From the human T2T-CHM13v2.0 reference genome, Homo sapiens: DNA of 64,000 nt. Location of the stretch: assembly GCF_009914755.1 (NCBI RefSeq), contig NC_060931.1; one strand, 5' to 3'. Made by a program: the position numbers and the translations under genes. The notes beneath the pieces are model-generated. The model had not been told where the DNA came from. It was given only the letters and a program-made list of their open reading frames with translations, and made no database searches. Numbering within the stretch: the stretch's first letter is position 1; every line of letters begins with the position of its first letter. This document shows positions 55,351 through 64,000 of this stretch, in pieces.

Positions 55351-58300
55351 AGGCGGTCTCTCTCTAGGCTGATCAAACAGCCCTTTGCCCAGTGCTAATT
55401 GCCTTCACGGAACCTGGATAAACTACAGTTCCCGAATTAAACTTGTTTCTGATGAACTAGACTTCCCAGGGAATGGGTGTAGTGATTTTGCTGATGGTTC
55501 AGACATCGGCACTTTCCCTGAAGGGCTCAACTTCCTGTGTTTAAAAGCAGACCTAACAGGGGCTGGCGCATAAGCATCCCGGGAAATACAAGAAGCTCAT
55601 GAAAGCAGGCAGCCTTTGCAAGAGACCTGACTTATTTTCTAGGAGAAAAACATCCTTTTAGGGATTTTATAATTTAAGTTTAAGCAATTAAACATGTGCA
55701 TCAGTACCCAACTGCAGGTGTTTGAACAAATGAGGGGAAAACGCTCAGAGGCTGCCAGGCTTAACTCACCATTATCTAAAATGAATTGTCTGTGTAAGTC
55801 ATCACAGCAGTTTGAAAAGCATGATCTTTCATGTTTCAACCTCACATCAAAATTCTAAATTATATTTAGCTATGTGAGTGTCAGATCATTTGTTTCCATT
55901 ATCAATGCGATGTTGGGCAATTTGCAGACAGGATCTGAAAGCATCATCCATGACTTTCATGGAACAGAAAAGAGCTTTCTGTTGCCACAGATTTGCCCTA
56001 AGTTCAGTCCTCTGCCTTTGGAGCACTGACAGCTGTCACCAAACCCAAACCCCAGTCTGAACCCATAGTGCTCAAGGTACTTTGGGAAAGCTAATTCAGG
56101 AAAACCACAGGCTGGAGGGGTTGTCTTTGAGGTGTGTATGTGTGTGTGTGTGTATGCACATTTGTTGGCAGTGTGTGGACTGAGCACAACATATAGAGAG
56201 GCAGTGTTCTCAGGACTTCTGTGCTCCTATTTGGAAAAATTCGGCAGAAGAAACAACAGCTCTGAGACACTCAGCCCCTTTCATCAGCTCTTTCTTTGCT
56301 TAATTAAATACACAGTTCCCCCCAAAGCACTCTTTCCCTGAGGTCATAGTGTCAGTCTTGTTTCATGAGAATAATCTGCTATGAATATTTACTCACTTTC
56401 AAAAACAAAAGAGGGTTAAAAATCTGATCCAAAATGTCACTTATGACACCTACAACAGAATCTACCCCTCTGCCTCCAGGCTGTCCTGACAACCCATGTC
56501 CTCAACAGGAATCTGCGGTCTGTTCTGGAATCTGGTCTTTGGACTCAAATGATCTTACCTGGGTAGCTAACAAAGTCTTCTGTCTTGTTCCTGCTGTTAA
56601 AAAATCCAAGTATGTTCAGGCATTAAACAATGGAGAAGATAAAGCAAAAATAATTTTTTAACTACATCTTTCTTTTTCAAGTGGTGGTTATGCTCAAGAG
56701 GTGAAATTTATTGTGGCCCTACCCCTGTTTTTATAAGAGCTTTTTATAGTATAAGAACTATAATTAAGTTTCCTCTGAACTGTTTTATTAAACTTAAGTT
56801 TTCAAGAAGAGAATGATAAAATTTCTTAAACTACTATGTTTTCAAGGGGAGGACAATTTATTTTTATTGTTCTAGCATAAGGAAAGAGAGAATGAGAGGG
56901 AAAGTGTTTTTTAACCTGTATCCTGATTAGAATTTTTTAATGTTCAAATTCCTGATTATAAACTGCAGTAAACAATCAGTCATTCATTAACAAGCAACTA
57001 TTGAAAAGGCGATATTTAAAAGAGAAAAAATAAAACATGTGATTAAAACTCTACACACGTCTTCACTTCAAGGCAAACGCAGTGGCCATCTGGGTATTTA
57101 GAAGGTGCCAAATATCATTGGGATCTAGATTTAATTCATGTTATAAAGAAAGCACTATATTTAATTTGTTCACAAAAGACCTAGAACCTCGTAGAAATGA
57201 TGGTGTTGAAGTGAACTTTTAACATTAAAATAAGGTCTTTATTTTACAATTTTTTAAATATGTGATCAATCACAAACATGAACAAACTTTCAATGCTCCA
57301 GTGTTCTACTCTGAATGAGAAAAGTTGGAAAGATCATTTTCAGCTTTCAAAAATTTTTGCTTTAATTTTCTCTATTTGGAAATCTTTAAAAATTAGTCAG
57401 TTTAAAAGTCCTGGCTGCTTTTAGTCAGAAGGGCCTAAGAAGAGACAAGACTTTTCCCAGGGTATCCAAAGACAGATCCAGAGAATTTAAAGCCTGGACA
57501 TATTACCTGGACTGAAGGCATTCGTTGCTTGCTTTACTGGTGAGGACTGGGAAGACCTGACTTCCACAGTCCTCTTTCCAAGTGGCAGGAAACAGGACAT
57601 GCACTATGCCAAGCAGCTTCCAGCACCCATGCAGCACCCTTCCAGCACCTATGCAGCAGTATCCATGCTCTGAAGTGAAGCCTGAACTCGCCACCTCGCC
57701 ACTGAGGGCTCCCCAGCAGGGCAGGGATGGGACCCTTCCTGGTATCACATGCTCGCTCGCCTCCTGAGTCCTGCATGAACAACAGACTGGATCCCTGTTT
57801 TCAGTCTGAGGACACTCATGAGATTTTTCCAAAAATTTTCTTCAGGAGCAGACACTATTGTGAATACCACATAAACAAGCTCTCCCTTTTCCAATTCCTC
57901 TTTTGAAAATGGTAGAGAATCAGCATATCTGGCTCTAACTTAACTTGTAAAAAAAATAATAGATTTTTTAAAAAGTTTCAGTTTATCACACTCAACCACA
58001 GTTATCTTCCAATGCTACAATGTACACATAAAAAATTAGTTTTCAAAGACTGCCACTTGTGCTTGTTAGGAAAAACTTGTATCTATCCATCCTTTCTATG
58101 AAAAAACTCTATAATGCTAAACTTCCAGAGTGACTCTGTACTAGATAGCTTCACAAAACTACAATCTTTGTGCTTACAAAGCTACTTCTACTAGGTAACA
58201 ACAGAAGCACCGTCATGAACCCTAGTTTCTGAATAGGTACATAGGATTGACACATGCCAGGCTTTAGTTAGACTCTCACGGTGTTTGTCCCTTTACGTCA

Positions 58301-58427
58301 CGGCACATCATACCCTGCAGCTGCCTTTGTGTGCTTATTTGCTGCCAGATTCCTCTGCTAGTGTGTAAGTGCCATGAAGGCAGGATTCATGCCTACGCTG
58401 TTCTTGTGTAAGAACTGCTAATGCCAG

Positions 58428-58882
<455 letters not shown>

Positions 58883-59172
58883 TTAGTAAATAGGAGTGAC
58901 TTTGCAGTTTCATTAGATTTTTCATTCATACAGTTAAAGGTTCCTTGTAGCCATGATCTCATCAAATCTCACAATAACCCTGAGTGACCTTTTAACATTA
59001 AACTAAAATGTTTACTTATGGCAGAGATTAGGAATGACTAGTTTCTAGATCTTCCACATTTTATCTGTACATCACTCATGACAGCAGGTAGTTCTGAGAC
59101 GGACCTCTAAAGTGATCTGTGTGTTCATACAGGTCTGTGTTTCTGTAAGTCAACAGTTTAAGAATTGTGAAA

Positions 59173-59511
<339 letters not shown>

Positions 59512-60211
59512 TCAACATGTCTTATAACCACAAAGCCCAGATTTGAACCTTGTATATACTCATGGAAAGGAGAACCAGTTCTCAAGCAACTCTTCTCATT
59601 TTTACCAACCACATAAACATGTAGCTTCCGGTAAAACAATACTTCTCATTTTACAAGTTCATTAATCAATAATGAGCAGGCTCAGTGGGGGCACAGGACA
59701 ACCTGAGCCTGACAGCGAGGAAGGCGGATTTTGTCACGGAGGGAGGGTTCTCATGAAACTCTGGATCTCCCAGCTAGTTGGGGGGCACTAACAAGGGCTG
59801 CCCAGAGAGCACGCAAGGTCTCTCCAATCATGCCACAAACCCCGCAATGTCAGGACAAAGGCACCGGTGTTGACAGAGACCTTGGAGTTCATCAGAGAGG
59901 TGACATCACCTGCCTAGGTCTCTACTTCCCTGCTCTTTTCCCCAGCAAAACCAACCACACTTTGCATTCCCCATCATTATTAATCCTCCAAACAAGCAAC
60001 CCGTCCACATAGGAACAAGGAACCTGAGGTGAAGTGAGCCGAACTGGCTTACCCAAGCTCACACAGCGCAGGGCCGTCAGCATTGGGAGGCAGCCCTGGG
60101 TCCTATAGGCCTCATGCACGGCCTGCCTTGCTGTCGAGAAAGTCCCAGCCACCGACACAGGCTGCAGGAAACGGCACCAAAGTCACTTGCAGCAGCGCAG
60201 AGAAAGTGTGA

Positions 60212-60566
<355 letters not shown>

Positions 60567-61918
60567 TAGTTTTGAAGCATCTCACCTAGGAACACTAACA
60601 GACAGCAAATTTAACCTGCTGAGTGCAGCCCTCATTTGGTCCATTTTTCTTGCCACAACTGCCTACTGCCCTTCTGTCAAGGCAGAGGCAGACATAAACC
60701 ACTACCATCTGTGGCTGCCCTGGGAACTGTGAGAACTCATGGAAATAATGCGTCCCCTTGTGACTTCACATCGTGCACCTCCTGTGACAACCCTCCCCTC
60801 TGACAATTACACTCACACCCAGTTCCCACGTGAACACGCGGAGTCCAGCCTTGGAGATGCAGCTTTTGTCTTGCTGAAACCTTCCAGTTAAATTTCTCCA
60901 TCAATTTTTCAAATAGTATTATTAGCTGAGGGACTAAAATCTGCCTGGCGTTCTTCTGATGACAAAGGTAACCCATCCCTCCCTGTGCTCCCCATCCTCA
61001 CGTTGTTTCTAATTCAGATTTTCTTCTCCCTCCTCCTGAATACCTGCATCTTCTTCCTGACTGACATGGCTTTAGGAAACACAGCACATTCACAAACATC
61101 TGAAGCCAACTGCAAGGCACCCGTCACTCAGCGAGAAAAGCAGAAAGGTGCCAATTCAGATGGCTGAGCTACTTCGCCTGGGTCCCGACCTGTATCACCA
61201 CAGGGTCACAGAAATGGAACCTTCTCCGTCACACCTCCTGATGGCAGTCAGCTGTGACCCGCTGAATCCAGGACATCATGCATTCCAGTTTCATTTGCGA
61301 GAACATTTCCAGGTCCGGCTGAAGCCTAGTGGCTCCAGCAGAGGTCTCAACCCCTTTGGGATGCTCAGTGGGAGACAGAATCAAGGGCCAATGATCCATG
61401 ACCTAGTCCTAGTGCCCATGTCAGTTTGTCAAAGGCCCTCAGAGCAGATTGTGTTTTCCCTGGCGGGGGCTTGACTTCTTTGCTTTAAAAAGGATTCTTA
61501 AGTATTTATTGCAGTAAAATTAACCACCTTCAAATTTCTGCCAGATCCCCTGGAGGTATATACCTTATTAACACAAAACAAATGTGACACTTGAAAGGCA
61601 GGAGACTTGGTTTCTATTCTCTGGCCCACTACTGACTTATTGGGTGGCTTCAGGCAAATAAGTGAAATCAAGAAGACACCATCTTCAACAAGCACAGAGT
61701 GGGCACCTGGCAGGTGAGCAGTGCCCTGTGAGGTCTGGGGCTGGGTTCGGTGGTGAAACTAGGTCAGCACACACAGCCCTTTGCTGGGGGCCCACTGCCT
61801 GGGGTAGGATTTTTGTAGCTGGGTTCAAGGTGGACATGCTGAAATGTGACCCTAAAATGTTTGTACTCTTGAAGCTGAAGGAGTGGGAAGAAACCTGTCA
61901 TTTAAAGAAGGACAGTTT

Positions 61919-62228
61919 GGCCAGGTGTGGTGGCTCACACCTGTAATCTCAGCACTTTGGGAGGCCAAGGTGGGAGGATCACTTGAGTCCAGGAGTTTGA
62001 GACTAGCCTGGGTAACATAGGGAGACCACATCTCTACAAAACATTTAAAAATTAACCAGGCATGGTGGGATGTGCCTGTAGTCCCAGCTACTCAGGAAGT
62101 TGAGGCAGGAGGATCACTTGAGCCCAGGAGGTCAAGGCTACAGTGAGCTATTGTCATGCTACTGCACCCCAGCCTGGGTGACAGAGTGAGACCCCGTCTC
62201 AAAAAAAAAAAAAAAAAAAAAAAAAAAA
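61919..62228 (+). mobile_element. AluJ followed by a (GGAA)n tract
   Basis: Full-length forward Alu. Confidence 0.9.
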
Positions 62229-64000
62229 GAAGGAAAGGAAGGAAGGAAGGGAGGGAGGGGAGAAGGAAGGAAGGAGAAGGCAGGCAGGAAATCAATATGA
62301 CAGCATAGCATTGGAGCTAAGAACACACCTTCTAGAAGCAGACTCTATGAATTCAAATCCTGGGTCTACCATTTATAAGCTGTACTTTCCTCTGTAAAAT
62401 ATGAATCTACAGTACCTACTTCTCACAGATTGTTATAAAGATGAGATGTGTTAATATAGATAAAGTAAGCACTCAGTGAATATGAGGCATTAACCAGAAC
62501 CCAACAAGGTGCCATCATCAAATATAATAATTGAGTGCATAACTTTTTTCAGTTTACAAAGCAAATTTACATATAGCATTTCTTTTGGATCTCACAAAAC
62601 TCCATGAGAGCTGGCAAAATACTTCCCCCCATTTTCTTTGAAGCTCATACTCTCCTTGTTTACTCCCTTACAAGTCACACTTGAACAAAGTGACCAGGCA
62701 GATTTGGGAAAAAGCAAACAAACAAAAAACACCAGATAGACCTTTAAGAAATTAAAAAACAAAAAACAAAAAACAAAAAACTGTTAACACAGAAATCTCA
62801 GTTGATGGGCTAAATGGCCCATCATTCTAAGAATAGTTGGGAAGACAATGCTTTAGATGCCATCTACACGCTGTTAGTTCCATCTCAGTCATCTCTCCTG
62901 AATAACAGCATCCACCTGCCTGCTCATTTCCAATGGATTTCTAATAGAGATCTCAGACTCAACATGTCTATAAAAAGAGCTCCTTGTTTCCCACCCCCCC
63001 TCAATAAATAAGATAGTGGATAAATTATGATATATTCACACACTAGAATATTCTGGCAATATGAAGGAACTGTAGCTATTCCTGAAAACATGGATGAATT
63101 TTGCAAATATATGGAGGAAAATCTCAAGTTCCAAAAAGACCATGCAAAGTCCGATACTATTTTTATATGTCTCAAAATACCTTTAGCAACACACATTTAC
63201 TCATTACACTGTGATAAAAATATATGTTTGTTTAAAAATCAGGATAATTATAAATACAAATTTCGGAATAGTGGGAAAGCAGGAAAATGCTAGGAATAAG
63301 ATACTTAGCGAGATCTCCAAGTATTTGTAATGAGCCAATTCTTAAGTTGGATGGTGGTTCACTGGAGCACCTTTAAAATTGTGCTTTAGAGTTTACTTGT
63401 ATGTTACATACCATCTTTTGTATATATCAAATAATTATAAACTAAAAAGACAGAAATGCCATCCACAAAAATGAACTGTGCTGAAGTAATTCATATTTCA
63501 AAACAATAAGCTAAGCAATGAAGGAAAGTAACTCTTGCTAAAAATATGAGGAAGTTAATTTATGCTAATAAAGTTGGTTATGGAATATAATTACTTGAGC
63601 AAGGATGACTAAAATATGTCTATACTATGTGTATCAAATGCCAAGGGGGAAATGACCAGGGTATTTACAGATCAGAACAAATGTATTTATGAAGAATCTT
63701 TTTTTTTTTTTCTATTTTGCAGACTTTCTTTTTTAAAAGCAAAATAAATTGACATGACTTGTTCAGGGTTAACTGTTTGGCAGGTGGATGATCTGTGGCC
63801 ATCCATGATGAGATCACCTCCCTGCCCCGCTGGCCCCCAGCCTCTAGAAGTCAGGGCTTCTGAGGCCCAGAAGCTCAGCGCCACACCTGTTGAAGGCCAG
63901 TGATGTCAGAGTTACTCTTCCTTCCTCCAGCAGCACTGACAGCAGTTTATTGTACGCAATTTCTAGAACTCAGATGTTCTAGAAGGAAGCAAACATATTC

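Overview
Human genomic DNA from the chr7q32.3 miR-29 locus. The anchors are the exact reverse complements of the pre-miR-29a (10239-10302) and pre-miR-29b-1 (10951-11031) hairpins on the minus strand. I see no intact protein-coding gene. A minus-strand spliced non-coding host transcript (pri-miR-29b-1~29a; LOC646329 / 3' LINC-PINT isoforms) appears to start at a promoter near 46.5-47.2 kb, with splice-site-supported exons at 46461-~46810, 45620-45662 and 17815-17933, and acceptors at 14924 and 1966. A divergent plus-strand lncRNA (probably LINC00513) appears to start from the same promoter. The rest is repeat-rich: about 25 Alus, L1, L2, MIR, MaLR LTRs, MER2 and MER85. The observations most worth follow-up are: (1) a human-specific pre-Ta L1HS with a 3' transduction and a second poly(A) tail; (2) a ~1.3 kb stop-depleted minus-strand frame opening in phase at a strong acceptor (possible fossil coding exon); (3) an old ~270 bp duplication in unique sequence at 14.2/15.2 kb; (4) two minisatellites that multiply STAT5/BCL6-type GAS motifs; (5) a 15/16 match to miR-29b inside its own host intron; (6) a ~100 bp twin-primed micro-L1. 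Gene names other than the miRNAs, repeat subfamily calls and SNP placements rely on recall and need checking. I cannot claim a proven new biological system.
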